DNA from: Bacilli bacterium
GTDB taxonomy: Bacteria; Bacillota_I; Bacilli_A; RF39; UBA660
Length of the DNA stretch: 36,067 bases
Direction of reading: 5' to 3'
NCBI GenBank assembly: GCA_007117285.1
Contig: SKGW01000013.1
Coordinates: 1-36,067, forward strand
Shown: positions 19,213-29,423 of the stretch, piece after piece
How positions within the stretch are numbered: the stretch's first letter is position 1
Layout of the letters: the number at the start of each line of letters is the position of its first letter
Notes under the pieces: generated by a model
Seen by the model: the letters and a program-made list of their open reading frames with translations, nothing else
What the model was told of the DNA's origin: nothing
Databases searched by the model: none
Made by a program: the position numbers and the translations under genes

Positions 19213-20187
19213 ATGAAAATAGCAATTATTGGAACAGGAGCATATGGCATTGCTATGAGCTTGATGTTAAATGAAAACAACAAAAATATTGTAATGTATA
19301 CGAAGTTTGAAGAAGAATTAAAAACTTTGAGAAAATATAGGGCAAATCCAGCTTTACTTCCTGGAGTTAAAATACCTGGGAATATAACTTTTACAAACGA
19401 CATGAAAGAATGTGTAGAGAACAGTGACATTATTTTTATAATGGTTCCTGCTGGCTTTGTTGATGACGTAAGCAGAGAGTTGGCGAATTACTATAATAAA
19501 CAAATAATTTGTATCGGCTCAAAAGGAATAGAACAAGATACGTGTTTGTTTGTTGCAGATGTTGTCAGAAAATACATAGAAACAGATAAAATAGCGGTAC
19601 TATCTGGACCATCTTTTGCAATTGATATGGCAAGTTATGTACCAATTGGTCTGACATTGGCAACTGAGAACAAAAAGATTGGAAAAATTGTGAAAAAATC
19701 ACTTGAAAATAATTATTTAAAAATTCGTGTTTGTGATGACATTGTTGGAACTGAAATTTGTGGTTCAATTAAAAATATTATTGCAATTGCTTCTGGAATA
19801 ATAGAAGGACTTGATCTTCCAGAATCAACTAGAGCTATGTTATTAACTGAATCAATGCACGATATAAAAGAATTGATAAATGTATTAGGCGGAAATAAAA
19901 AAACAATTTTATCATATGCTGGAATTGGTGATTTAATATTAACTTGTAGTAGTGATAAAAGTAGAAACTATACTTTTGGAAAAATGTTGGGCGAGAGAAA
20001 AAGTAAATCAGAAATCGAAAAATACCTTTCCGAAACTACAGTAGAAGGTTTTTACACATTAAAATCTATATATAATTTGCTTAGAAACAAAAAGGTTAAA
20101 ATGCCTATTATTGATTTAATGTATGATATAATAATACACGGAGAAGATGTCGATAAATTAAAAAAATTCTTAGTTGAAAAAGAATAG
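19213..20187 (+). CDS. gpsA: NAD(P)H-dependent glycerol-3-phosphate dehydrogenase
   Basis: ATG 19213 follows a TGGAGG RBS. MKIAIIGTGAYG Rossmann motif, plus GPSFA and GSIKNIIAIA motifs. Confidence 0.92.
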   Translation: MKIAIIGTGAYGIAMSLMLNENNKNIVMYTKFEEELKTLRKYRANPALLPGVKIPGNITFTNDMKECVENSDIIFIMVPAGFVDDVSRELANYYNKQIICIGSKGIEQDTCLFVADVVRKYIETDKIAVLSGPSFAIDMASYVPIGLTLATENKKIGKIVKKSLENNYLKIRVCDDIVGTEICGSIKNIIAIASGIIEGLDLPESTRAMLLTESMHDIKELINVLGGNKKTILSYAGIGDLILTCSSDKSRNYTFGKMLGERKSKSEIEKYLSETTVEGFYTLKSIYNLLRNKKVKMPIIDLMYDIIIHGEDVDKLKKFLVEKE

Positions 20188-20220
20188 AAAAATTATGATA
20201 TAATTGGTAGAGGTGAATTT

Positions 20221-20643
20221 ATGAAAGTAGTAATAATAGAAAATGATGAAAAAAGATTAAACAAATTTATTGATTGGGCGATTCACATGATTGGGTATGC
20301 AATTGTATTAATTGCCGTATCCCTGCTATTTAAAAACACATTAATTATCGATGCTGAATTATTTGGCTTTTGGGGTCTTATAGCAGCAATAATTATTTAT
20401 GTTTTAAATCAAACATTAAAGCCAATATTGGTGTTTTTAACGCTGCCGATAACAGCTGTAACACTTGGGCTTTTCTATCCATTTATAAATGTTTTTATAT
20501 TAAACATGGTTGACTTTTTAATGAGGGACAAGTTTATAATTGATGGACTTTTTAATAGTTTTTTTGTAGCAATTTTAATATCTCTTATGAATATTTTCAT
20601 GAGAGAACTTGTAATAAAACCATTATTAGAAAAGAGGCGATAA
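20221..20643 (+). CDS. YvlD/DUF360-type small membrane protein (family annotated as 'phage holin family 4')
   Basis: 140 aa with 4 predicted TM helices. The LKPILVFLTLPITAVTLGLFYPFINVFIL core is typical of the family. A TGaTATAAT extended -10 lies at 20195-20203. Confidence 0.6.
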   Translation: MKVVIIENDEKRLNKFIDWAIHMIGYAIVLIAVSLLFKNTLIIDAELFGFWGLIAAIIIYVLNQTLKPILVFLTLPITAVTLGLFYPFINVFILNMVDFLMRDKFIIDGLFNSFFVAILISLMNIFMRELVIKPLLEKRR

Positions 20644-20644
20644 T

Positions 20645-21499
20645 ATGAATCCTGTTTTAATCGACTTACAATTTATGAAAATTTACTGGTATTCTTTATT
20701 TGTAATGCTAGCTTTTTTGGTTGGTGGTTACATCGCAATGAGAGAGGCCCGAAAAAATTCAATTGATGATGATTATATGATTAATTTTATTTTCTTTTTA
20801 GTTCCAATCGCACTACTAGGAGCAAGAATTTATTATATAATTTTTAATTGGTCTTATTATCAAAGTGATTTAATTGGAGCTCTAAAAGTTTGGGAAGGCG
20901 GACTTGCCATTCATGGAGGAATAATTTTCGGATTTTTATGGTTGTTATTTTACACTAGAAATACTGGAGTTAGAACTCTTAGATTTTTAGACATAGTTGC
21001 ACCTGCAGTTTTAATAGGTCAGGCGATTGGAAGATGGGGTAATTTCTTTAACCAGGAGGCCTACGGTGCTATAACAACTGCTGAAAAACTTCAAAGCTTC
21101 TTCATTCCTGATTTCATAATTGAAGGAATGCTTATAGATGGCCAATACCATCATCCTACATTTCTATATGAGTTTCTTTGGTGTGTATTAGGTTTTATAA
21201 TAATACTTCTTGTTAGACGTTTTTCTAAGTATTTAAAAGTGGGACAGCTAACAAGTTTGTTTTTGCTTTGGTATGGAACAGGTCGCTACTTTATAGAAGG
21301 TTTGAGAACGGATAGTTTGATGTTTGGATCAATTAGAGTTGCTCAGGCATTCTCGTTGGTAATGATTTTTATAGGAATAACAATGTATTTTTACTTAAAA
21401 AGAGGATCTCGTTTTGACGATTTATATGCAATGGAAGACAAAACGGTGGACCGAGTTAATAAATTGCTTGACAACGACACGGAGGGTGATGCTGAATGA
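20645..21499 (+). CDS. lgt: Prolipoprotein diacylglyceryl transferase
   Basis: GLAIHGGIIFG and GRWGNFFNQEAYG signature motifs. Confidence 0.94.
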   Translation: MNPVLIDLQFMKIYWYSLFVMLAFLVGGYIAMREARKNSIDDDYMINFIFFLVPIALLGARIYYIIFNWSYYQSDLIGALKVWEGGLAIHGGIIFGFLWLLFYTRNTGVRTLRFLDIVAPAVLIGQAIGRWGNFFNQEAYGAITTAEKLQSFFIPDFIIEGMLIDGQYHHPTFLYEFLWCVLGFIIILLVRRFSKYLKVGQLTSLFLLWYGTGRYFIEGLRTDSLMFGSIRVAQAFSLVMIFIGITMYFYLKRGSRFDDLYAMEDKTVDRVNKLLDNDTEGDAE

Positions 21500-22404
21500 G
21501 AAAAACTGACTGTGTTGTAATCGGTGCTGGAATAGCAGGAATGACAGCTGCTATTTATTTAAAAAGATCTAATGTTGATTGTGTTATTGTTGAAAAATCA
21601 GCTCCAGGTGGAGTTATGAACAGAACTAGTCAAATTGATAATTATCCGGGCTATACAGAATCTGATGGTGTCAATTTAGCTATGAATGTCTATAAACAAA
21701 TAACTGATTTAGAAGTACCTTATGTTTTTGGAGCAGTTTCAAAAATCGAATTAGTTGGAAATAAAAAAATTGTCAAAACAGATTCTGAAGATATTGAAAC
21801 AAAGACCATTATTATCGCTTCTGGAAGAGTTCCAAGGGAATTAGGTCTAGAACACGAGAAAGCGCTTTCTGGCCGAGGAATAAGCTGGTGTGCCATCTGT
21901 GACGGTGCTTTTTACAAAGATAAGGAAGTCGCAATCGTTGGCGGAGGAAATGGTGCTTTTGAAGAAGCTGTTTATTTAGCGTCAATTGCATCAAAGGTAT
22001 ACATGATTTATGATTCAAAAAGAGTAAGAGCAGATAAAATACTACAAGATAAAGTTGAAAGTTTAAAAAATGTTGAAGCTGTTCGAGACAATCCGATAAA
22101 AGAACTTATAAATGAAAACAACAAACTGGGTGGTCTAATTTTAGAAGATGGAAGAAAACTGGATGTTGAAGGTTTATTTATTTTTATAGGATACGACCCA
22201 TTACTTGTTTGTGTTAAAGAATTAGATATTGAAAGAGATAGTAACTATTTAGTTGTTGACAAACAAATGAGAACAAGCGTTAAAGGAATTTATGCATGTG
22301 GAGACGTTATTAAAAAAGATGTTTATCAATTAACAACAGCAGTAGGTGAGGCATCAATTGCTGCAACTTTTGTTAAAAAAGAATTAGACATGGAAAAAGT
22401 GTAG
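21496..22404 (+). CDS. trxB: Thioredoxin-disulfide reductase
   Basis: VIGAGIAGMTAA FAD-binding motif, redox CAICDG, a second GGGNGAFEEA dinucleotide fold, and GIYACGDV. Confidence 0.93.
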   Translation: MRKTDCVVIGAGIAGMTAAIYLKRSNVDCVIVEKSAPGGVMNRTSQIDNYPGYTESDGVNLAMNVYKQITDLEVPYVFGAVSKIELVGNKKIVKTDSEDIETKTIIIASGRVPRELGLEHEKALSGRGISWCAICDGAFYKDKEVAIVGGGNGAFEEAVYLASIASKVYMIYDSKRVRADKILQDKVESLKNVEAVRDNPIKELINENNKLGGLILEDGRKLDVEGLFIFIGYDPLLVCVKELDIERDSNYLVVDKQMRTSVKGIYACGDVIKKDVYQLTTAVGEASIAATFVKKELDMEKV

Positions 22405-22423
22405 AGATTAATCTACACTTTTA
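22398..22423. terminator. Bidirectional terminator between convergent trxB and the P-II-like gene
   Basis: AGTGTAGA-GATTAA-TCTACACT hairpin (8 bp), flanked by an A-run upstream and a T-run downstream. Confidence 0.75.
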
Positions 22424-23068
22424 ATTTGATCTTTTCATTCCATAAGTATTAGTTACTGATTGAACAAATAGAATTCCATTTCCTGGTTTTTCAATTTCTA
22501 AGTCTTCGGTAATTGCTTTGACTATATTATCTGTTATTTCGCTCTCTGCTAATATTAAAACAACTTCTTTTTCGGGCTCAATTTCCATTGAAAACAACTT
22601 GCTAGTTTCGTGTATTCCAGATCCTCGAGCATTAATAATGGTTCCGCCTTTAGATCCGGCTTTGTTAGCTGAATCAACAACATCAACGGCACGACCTTTA
22701 TCGACAACAACATAAATACAATTAAACATACTTTCCACCTCTACTTTATTATCTGGGTTAGATTTGTTTTTAGAACCGGTAAAATAATTTATACTTGAAG
22801 AAAAGCCAATTCCATTTTGTTTTTCTTTTAATTTTAATTTTTCTTCTATAAAGGGCATTGTAGCATTGGAAATTCTATCCTCTGCAACCATTAAAACTAT
22901 TTCTTTCCTAGTATCACATATACCAAGTACATCTAAAAGTTTGTCATCAACTGTACCTTTACCAAGGAAAATAGTTCCGCCAGTAACTCCCTTTTTTTTG
23001 GCTAATTTTAAAACTTTGCTTCCGATTCCAAAGTCTACTATAACAACCATTAAGCTCAGATTAGTCAT
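22421..23068 (-). CDS. Tandem P-II-like signal-transduction protein (two fused P-II-fold domains)
   Basis: 215 aa. Both halves (about 5-95 and 118-210) follow the beta-alpha-beta / loop / beta-alpha-beta pattern. The second half, IYVVVDKGRAVDVV...GGTIINARGSG...VVLILAE...GNGILFVQSV, aligns with GlnB-type P-II. Its start overlaps the upstream stop in a TAATG junction. Confidence 0.7.
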   Translation of the reverse strand: MTNLSLMVVIVDFGIGSKVLKLAKKKGVTGGTIFLGKGTVDDKLLDVLGICDTRKEIVLMVAEDRISNATMPFIEEKLKLKEKQNGIGFSSSINYFTGSKNKSNPDNKVEVESMFNCIYVVVDKGRAVDVVDSANKAGSKGGTIINARGSGIHETSKLFSMEIEPEKEVVLILAESEITDNIVKAITEDLEIEKPGNGILFVQSVTNTYGMKRSN

Positions 23069-24522
23069 TAAACACCCTCCTTTTTGGATTTTAGTTTAAA
23101 CATGATACCTAATATTTGTAGCGTTATGATAGGAACTAATGCAACGAGTGCAATCATTCCAAATCCATCAGATAAAACAGTTGCTCCTTCAGTTGCTGTT
23201 GCAACACCGTGCATAAACGCTAGAATAAATGTCGCTGTCATTGGACCAGAGGCAACACCACCTGAATCAAATGCAATTCCAACAAATAGATTTGGTGTGA
23301 AAAGCATTAACAAAATTGCAATGCCGTATCCAGGTAGTAAAAACAACCATAAATCTAATTGATATTTAATTTTAATGATTGAAAGAACAATTGCCAGACC
23401 AACACCAATTGCTAGAGATGCAATTACGAATTTCCTTTTTATGTACCCAGCTGTGACCTCTTCAATTTGTTTAGTTAAAACGTATACTGCGGGCTCTGCA
23501 AGAATTGTTGTCATTCCTAATATAAAACATAAGAACAATATTAGAGTAAAATTTTTGTTAGCAAGAGTATGCCCAATTTCTCTTCCGACTTCAAGAAAAC
23601 CAGAGTTAACACCAACTAAGAAAAATATCATTCCAATAAAAGTATACAAAAGACCTTTCTGAATTATTTTCAACTGTCTTCCTTCAAATTTAAAGGAAGT
23701 TTTGTTGAATAATATAAATATTAATAGTATTGGGAGAAGTGCTAAAACTACTTCGCTTGTTATTGATTTTACAATATTAAAAAAACTCAAACTTTCATTT
23801 GCACCCATGTTTTCCAATGGTATAAAGTTACCTTTTGAAATATTGACTAGCAACATTATTATTATGACGCCTGCTGAAACTATTCCAACTAAACCAAAAC
23901 TATCTTTTGCGGAGTCAGTACTGTTTTTATTTAGTTTAGCAATACCTAGAGTTAGAGCTAAGATAAAAGGAACCGCCATCGCTCCTGTTGTGGCTCCTGA
24001 TGTATCAAATGCAATTCCCATCAATTTGTTTGGTGAGAGTGCTGCCAGTAATAAAATTATTGTGTATAAAATCAACATTGTCTTTTTTAATGAAAAATTC
24101 TTAACAATTCTCGTAAGACCATAAGAGAATGAAAGACCAATTCCAATTGATGCTACCACAATAATCATAATATTATTAATAAAACCGTTTGAAAAATAAT
24201 CAATTTGCTTTGCAATTATGTGTAGGTCTGGTTCGGCAACTGAAATGAAAAATCCAAGGAAAAATCCACCAATAATAACAATCCACATTTTATTTTTTTT
24301 CGCTAGGTTTTCACCCATTATATTTCCAATTGGAGATATTGAAAGATCAACACCTAATAAAAATATTGCAAGGCCAAGAATTGTGAGTGCAGATCCAGTT
24401 ATAAACTTAAGTAATAAATCGTTTGATAAAGGCGCAATTGTTAAATGTAACATTAAAACTAGCAATACAACAGGTGCAACGGCAAAAACGACTTCTTTTA
24501 TTTTATGTAACAATATTTTCAA
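23068..24522 (-). CDS. Internally duplicated polytopic membrane protein, DUF1538-like putative transporter
   Basis: 484 aa with a TTG start after a GGGGG RBS. The two halves share motifs: ...ISVAEPDLHIIAKQI / ...TILAEPAVYVLTKQIE and IAFDTSGATTGAMAVPFILAL / IAFDSGGVASGPMTATFILAF. The DUF1538 assignment is from memory of the family and its usual P-II neighbour. Confidence 0.6.
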   Translation of the reverse strand: MKILLHKIKEVVFAVAPVVLLVLMLHLTIAPLSNDLLLKFITGSALTILGLAIFLLGVDLSISPIGNIMGENLAKKNKMWIVIIGGFFLGFFISVAEPDLHIIAKQIDYFSNGFINNIMIIVVASIGIGLSFSYGLTRIVKNFSLKKTMLILYTIILLLAALSPNKLMGIAFDTSGATTGAMAVPFILALTLGIAKLNKNSTDSAKDSFGLVGIVSAGVIIIMLLVNISKGNFIPLENMGANESLSFFNIVKSITSEVVLALLPILLIFILFNKTSFKFEGRQLKIIQKGLLYTFIGMIFFLVGVNSGFLEVGREIGHTLANKNFTLILFLCFILGMTTILAEPAVYVLTKQIEEVTAGYIKRKFVIASLAIGVGLAIVLSIIKIKYQLDLWLFLLPGYGIAILLMLFTPNLFVGIAFDSGGVASGPMTATFILAFMHGVATATEGATVLSDGFGMIALVALVPIITLQILGIMFKLKSKKEGV

Positions 24523-24548
24523 GGTTACGCCCCCTTTATCATATGTAA

Positions 24549-24578
24549 ATTATACCACGAGGAGCTGTTTAAAAACAA
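24549..24578 (-). promoter_or_regulatory. Candidate promoter of the DUF1538-like / P-II operon
   Basis: On the minus strand: TTGTTT, an 18-nt spacer, then TGgTATAAT. The leader to the TTG start is about 25 nt. Confidence 0.4.
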
Positions 24579-24608
24579 CAATCAATATGTAAATAAGACA
24601 TTTATCAA

Positions 24609-24637
24609 TTGACTATGAAAAGTTGTTGTGATATATT
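24609..24637 (+). promoter_or_regulatory. Promoter of pilin paralog 1
   Basis: TTGACT (24609-24614), a 17-nt spacer ending in TGa, then TATATT (24632-24637). The conserved 5'UTR GTAAGATAAGGAGGG follows. Confidence 0.6.
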
Positions 24638-24663
24638 GTTATTGTAAGATAAGGAGGGTAATT

Positions 24664-25158
24664 ATGAATAAGAAAGGTTTTACACTAATCGAACTATTGG
24701 CGGTAATCGTTGTACTAGCAATCATCTTATTAATAGCAATGCCAATCGTACTTAATGTTATTAATGATGCAAGACAAGGTGCTTTTGATGCAACTGCACA
24801 AGGTATGGTTAAAGCAGCTGAAAATGAATATATGAGAGGTGCCTTAGACAACAGCGTTGAAGAAAAGTGGTATGAATTTGCAGGTGGAGTTCAAACTGTT
24901 TATGTTTGCGAAACTGAAGCTTGCCTTAACAGTATCGTGGATGCTGGTGCTGACAAATTAAACTTCTCAGGTCAAGGACCGGATACAGGAACAATTTATG
25001 TTGCTGCAGATGGAGAGATCGGAATGTTTATAAGTGATGGAACATATTGCTCACAAAAAGAAGTTGGAAAAAACACTACTGTTGCAACAACACAAGCAGA
25101 ATGTCCGACATCAGGAGAACCGGGATCATTATACTATGACGTTGTTAGACCACAGTAA
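24664..25158 (+). CDS. Type IV pilin-like protein, paralog 1 (prepilin-type N-terminal cleavage/methylation motif)
   Basis: MNKKG|FTLIELLAVIVVLAIILLIAMPIV (E5 and P22) with an AAGGAGGG RBS. The head motif is FSGQGPDTGTIYVAADGEIGMFISDGTYC. The ORF-track start at 24628 is a UTR read-through. Confidence 0.88.
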   Translation: MNKKGFTLIELLAVIVVLAIILLIAMPIVLNVINDARQGAFDATAQGMVKAAENEYMRGALDNSVEEKWYEFAGGVQTVYVCETEACLNSIVDAGADKLNFSGQGPDTGTIYVAADGEIGMFISDGTYCSQKEVGKNTTVATTQAECPTSGEPGSLYYDVVRPQ

Positions 25159-25165
25159 AACTAAA

Positions 25166-25188
25166 GGAAGATTTTCTTCCTTTTTTTT
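25166..25188 (+). terminator. Rho-independent terminator of pilin 1
   Basis: GGAAGA-TTT-TCTTCC hairpin followed by a T8 run. Confidence 0.75.
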
Positions 25189-25218
25189 GTCCACTTGTAA
25201 AGAAAATCACTTTGCATA

Positions 25219-25248
25219 TTGACTGATTAAACATTAACATGATATATT
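25219..25248 (+). promoter_or_regulatory. Promoter of pilin paralog 2
   Basis: TTGACT (25219-25224), an 18-nt spacer with TGa, then TATATT (25243-25248). The same GTAAGATAAGGAGGG UTR follows. Confidence 0.6.
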
Positions 25249-25274
25249 TAAACAGTAAGATAAGGAGGGAAATT

Positions 25275-25736
25275 ATGAATAAGAAAGGTTTTACATTAAT
25301 TGAGCTATTGGCGGTAATCGTTGTATTAGCAATTATCCTATTAATAGCAATGCCAATTGTACTTAATGTTATTAATGATGCTAGACAAGGTGCTTTCAAT
25401 TCAACGGGTTATGGATTGGTGAAAGCAGCAGAGAACGAGCACATGAGAACAGCACTTGAAGGCGGAACAATAATGGAAACGACATATAACTTCGCAGGTG
25501 ATGTTTCAGCATTAGACTTTTCAGGAGAAGCACCAACTCACGGAACAATCTTTGTTGCAGTAGATGGAACAATTGAAATGGCCGTTACAAATGGAGCTTT
25601 CTGTGCTGTAAAAGAATCTGATTCAACTGAAGTAAAAACATATACTTGGTCTGAATTGCAAGCAGAAGCAGCATATACAGCAGTAGCCATTAATAACATA
25701 ACTACCGATTGTAACGTTGCAACATTAATGCCATAA
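25275..25736 (+). CDS. Type IV pilin-like protein, paralog 2
   Basis: Its first 40 aa are identical to paralog 1 (MNKKGFTLIELLAVIVVLAIILLIAMPIVLNVINDARQGAF). It has FSGEAPTHGTIFVAVDGT...NGAFCAVK and a C-terminal CNVATL, which could form a Cys pair. Confidence 0.88.
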   Translation: MNKKGFTLIELLAVIVVLAIILLIAMPIVLNVINDARQGAFNSTGYGLVKAAENEHMRTALEGGTIMETTYNFAGDVSALDFSGEAPTHGTIFVAVDGTIEMAVTNGAFCAVKESDSTEVKTYTWSELQAEAAYTAVAINNITTDCNVATLMP

Positions 25737-25742
25737 CACTAA

Positions 25743-25765
25743 ACAGAATTTAATTCTGTTTTTTT
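25743..25765 (+). terminator. Rho-independent terminator of pilin 2
   Basis: ACAGAAT-TTA-ATTCTGT hairpin followed by a T-run. Confidence 0.8.
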
Positions 25766-25810
25766 CTTGTCATTAAAGAGACAAAAAGAAATTAAAAATA
25801 TTGACTATAT

Positions 25811-25840
25811 ATTATTTGTTGTGTTATATTAATATTGTAA
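25811..25840 (+). promoter_or_regulatory. Promoter of pilin paralog 3
   Basis: TTGACT (25811-25816), an 18-nt spacer with TGt, then TATATT (25835-25840). The same GTAAGATAAGGAGGG UTR follows. Confidence 0.6.
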
Positions 25841-25858
25841 GATAAGGAGGGGAAGAAA

Positions 25859-26335
25859 ATGAATAAGAGAGGTTTTACATTAATTGAATTATTAGCAGTA
25901 ATCGTCGTATTAGCAATCATCTTATTAATAGCAATGCCAATTGTACTAAGTGTTATTAATGATGCTAGAGAAGGAGCTTTCAATTCAACAGGTTATGGAT
26001 TGGTGAAAGCAGCTGAGAATGAGCACATGAGAAATGCACTTGATGGTGGAGTTATGGCAACTCAAACTTACACTTTTAATGAAGCTGGTGATGGTACCGG
26101 TAACACTTTGCTGGACTTTTCAGGAGAAGCACCAACTAGTGGATCAATAGTTGTTGAAGTTGATGGAACTACATACATGGCTATTTCAAATGGAGCATTT
26201 TGTGCAGTTAAAGCATATAACTCGACAGAAGTTATTACTTATGATGGAGATGGACTTAATGAAGCTTTTACAGAAGCTACAAACGGAATAGCTCATTGTA
26301 ACGTGGCTACTTTAACAAGCTTAGCAACACCATAA
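25859..26335 (+). CDS. Type IV pilin-like protein, paralog 3
   Basis: MNKRG|FTLIELLAVIVVLAIILLIAMPIVLSVINDAREGAF N-terminus. It has FSGEAPTSGSIVVEVDGT...NGAFCAVK and CNVATL motifs. Confidence 0.88.
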   Translation: MNKRGFTLIELLAVIVVLAIILLIAMPIVLSVINDAREGAFNSTGYGLVKAAENEHMRNALDGGVMATQTYTFNEAGDGTGNTLLDFSGEAPTSGSIVVEVDGTTYMAISNGAFCAVKAYNSTEVITYDGDGLNEAFTEATNGIAHCNVATLTSLATP

Positions 26336-26354
26336 CAAAAACATTATAAACTAA

Positions 26355-26377
26355 ACAGAATTTAATTCTGTTTTTTT
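26355..26377 (+). terminator. Rho-independent terminator of pilin 3 (sequence identical to the pilin 2 terminator)
   Basis: The block ACTAAACAGAATTTAATTCTGTTTTTTT is identical to the one after pilin 2. Confidence 0.8.
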
Positions 26378-26400
26378 ATTTGCTTATTTTCTTTTTTTAA

Positions 26401-28401
<2,001 letters not shown>

Positions 28402-28448
28402 ATGACTATTAAACCAAATTATAGTATAATGTCAAAAGAGGTGAATGT

Positions 28449-29423
28449 ATGACAACTACTTTTAAATCTATTACATCATTGATAAAAGAAGCCGATAATG
28501 TTATAATAATGGCTCATAAAAATATCGACTTAGATGCATTGGGAAGCGCCCTTTGCCTGTCCTCCATTGTTAGGGGATTTAAAAAAGAGGCCTACGTTTG
28601 CTTAAACAAAAAAACAAGTAGTGTAGCAATAGAAAAAGCGCTTGAATTAGTGAAAAAAAGCAATCTTGAGTTAGGTGTAAAATCAAAAAGTGAAACATTA
28701 AAAATAATAAAGAAAAACACTTTATTAGTTATTTTAGATACAAGCAAAGTTGAATTAGTTGAATGTGAAGAGTTACTTTCAAAAATTTCAAACAAAATTG
28801 TTCTTGATCATCACGCCGTTGGAAACAAAAACATAAAAGACACAAAAATTTCTTATATTAATTCGAATCTCTCATCAACAAATGAAATAATGGTTGGATA
28901 TCTTAAATACCTAAACAAACAAGTAAGTCCAATTATAGCAACAATAATGCTTGCCGGAATGGAAGTAGACACAAACTCATTCACAGTAAAAACAACATCT
29001 GCAACATTTGATGCAGCAGCACATCTTCTTGAATTGGGTGCTTTAAACATGCTAAGACAAGAACTTTTGAAAGAGGACAAGGAACAATACTTAAGAAGAG
29101 AAAAATACTTATTGAAAAGCGAAATTATTTTTTCAAAGTACGCTATTTGTAAAATACCTGATATTGTTGAAAAAGAAGACATTGCAGTTGTTGCGGAAAA
29201 AATGATTTTATTTGATGATGTGAAAGCCTCATTTGCAATAGCTAAAATAAATAAAAACATAGTTTCAATAAGTGCAAGGTCAGCCGACGGTACCGACGTA
29301 TATCAAATTATGAAGGAATTTGGTGGCGGTGGTCACGTAACAGAGGCAGCAGCACAAATAGAAGGTACATCAGTTGACGCCGTTGAAAAAGAATTAATTT
29401 CTAAATTAAAGGTGATAAAATGA
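28449..29423 (+). CDS. Stand-alone DHH/DHHA1 phosphoesterase (GdpP/NrnA-like, lacking sensor domains)
   Basis: [11 protein letters not shown] (DHH motifs I/II), LDHH, and the DHHA1 motif GGGGH. It occupies the position upstream of rplI-dnaB that gdpP holds in Bacilli. Confidence 0.8.
   Translation: MTTTFKSITSLIKEADNVIIMAHKNIDLDALGSALCLSSIVRGFKKEAYVCLNKKTSSVAIEKALELVKKSNLELGVKSKSETLKIIKKNTLLVILDTSKVELVECEELLSKISNKIVLDHHAVGNKNIKDTKISYINSNLSSTNEIMVGYLKYLNKQVSPIIATIMLAGMEVDTNSFTVKTTSATFDAAAHLLELGALNMLRQELLKEDKEQYLRREKYLLKSEIIFSKYAICKIPDIVEKEDIAVVAEKMILFDDVKASFAIAKINKNIVSISARSADGTDVYQIMKEFGGGGHVTEAAAQIEGTSVDAVEKELISKLKVIK

Noticed and set aside
20221-20643. The 'phage holin family 4' protein as evidence for a prophage or lysis cassette.
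   Set aside because: There are no endolysin, integrase, terminase or other phage genes nearby. The YvlD/DUF360 family is a widespread chromosomal membrane protein, and here it is coupled to lgt.
25034-25222. A 62-aa plus-strand ORF overlapping the 3' end of pilin 1 and its terminator.
   Set aside because: It is out of frame with the pilin gene, spans the terminator hairpin, and has no RBS or recognisable similarity. It is most likely spurious.
24600-26380. The regularly spaced repeats as a possible CRISPR-like array or other non-coding repeat.
   Set aside because: The repeating unit is about 600 bp and consists of promoter, RBS, pilin ORF and terminator. These are tandem gene paralogs, not short repeat-spacer units.
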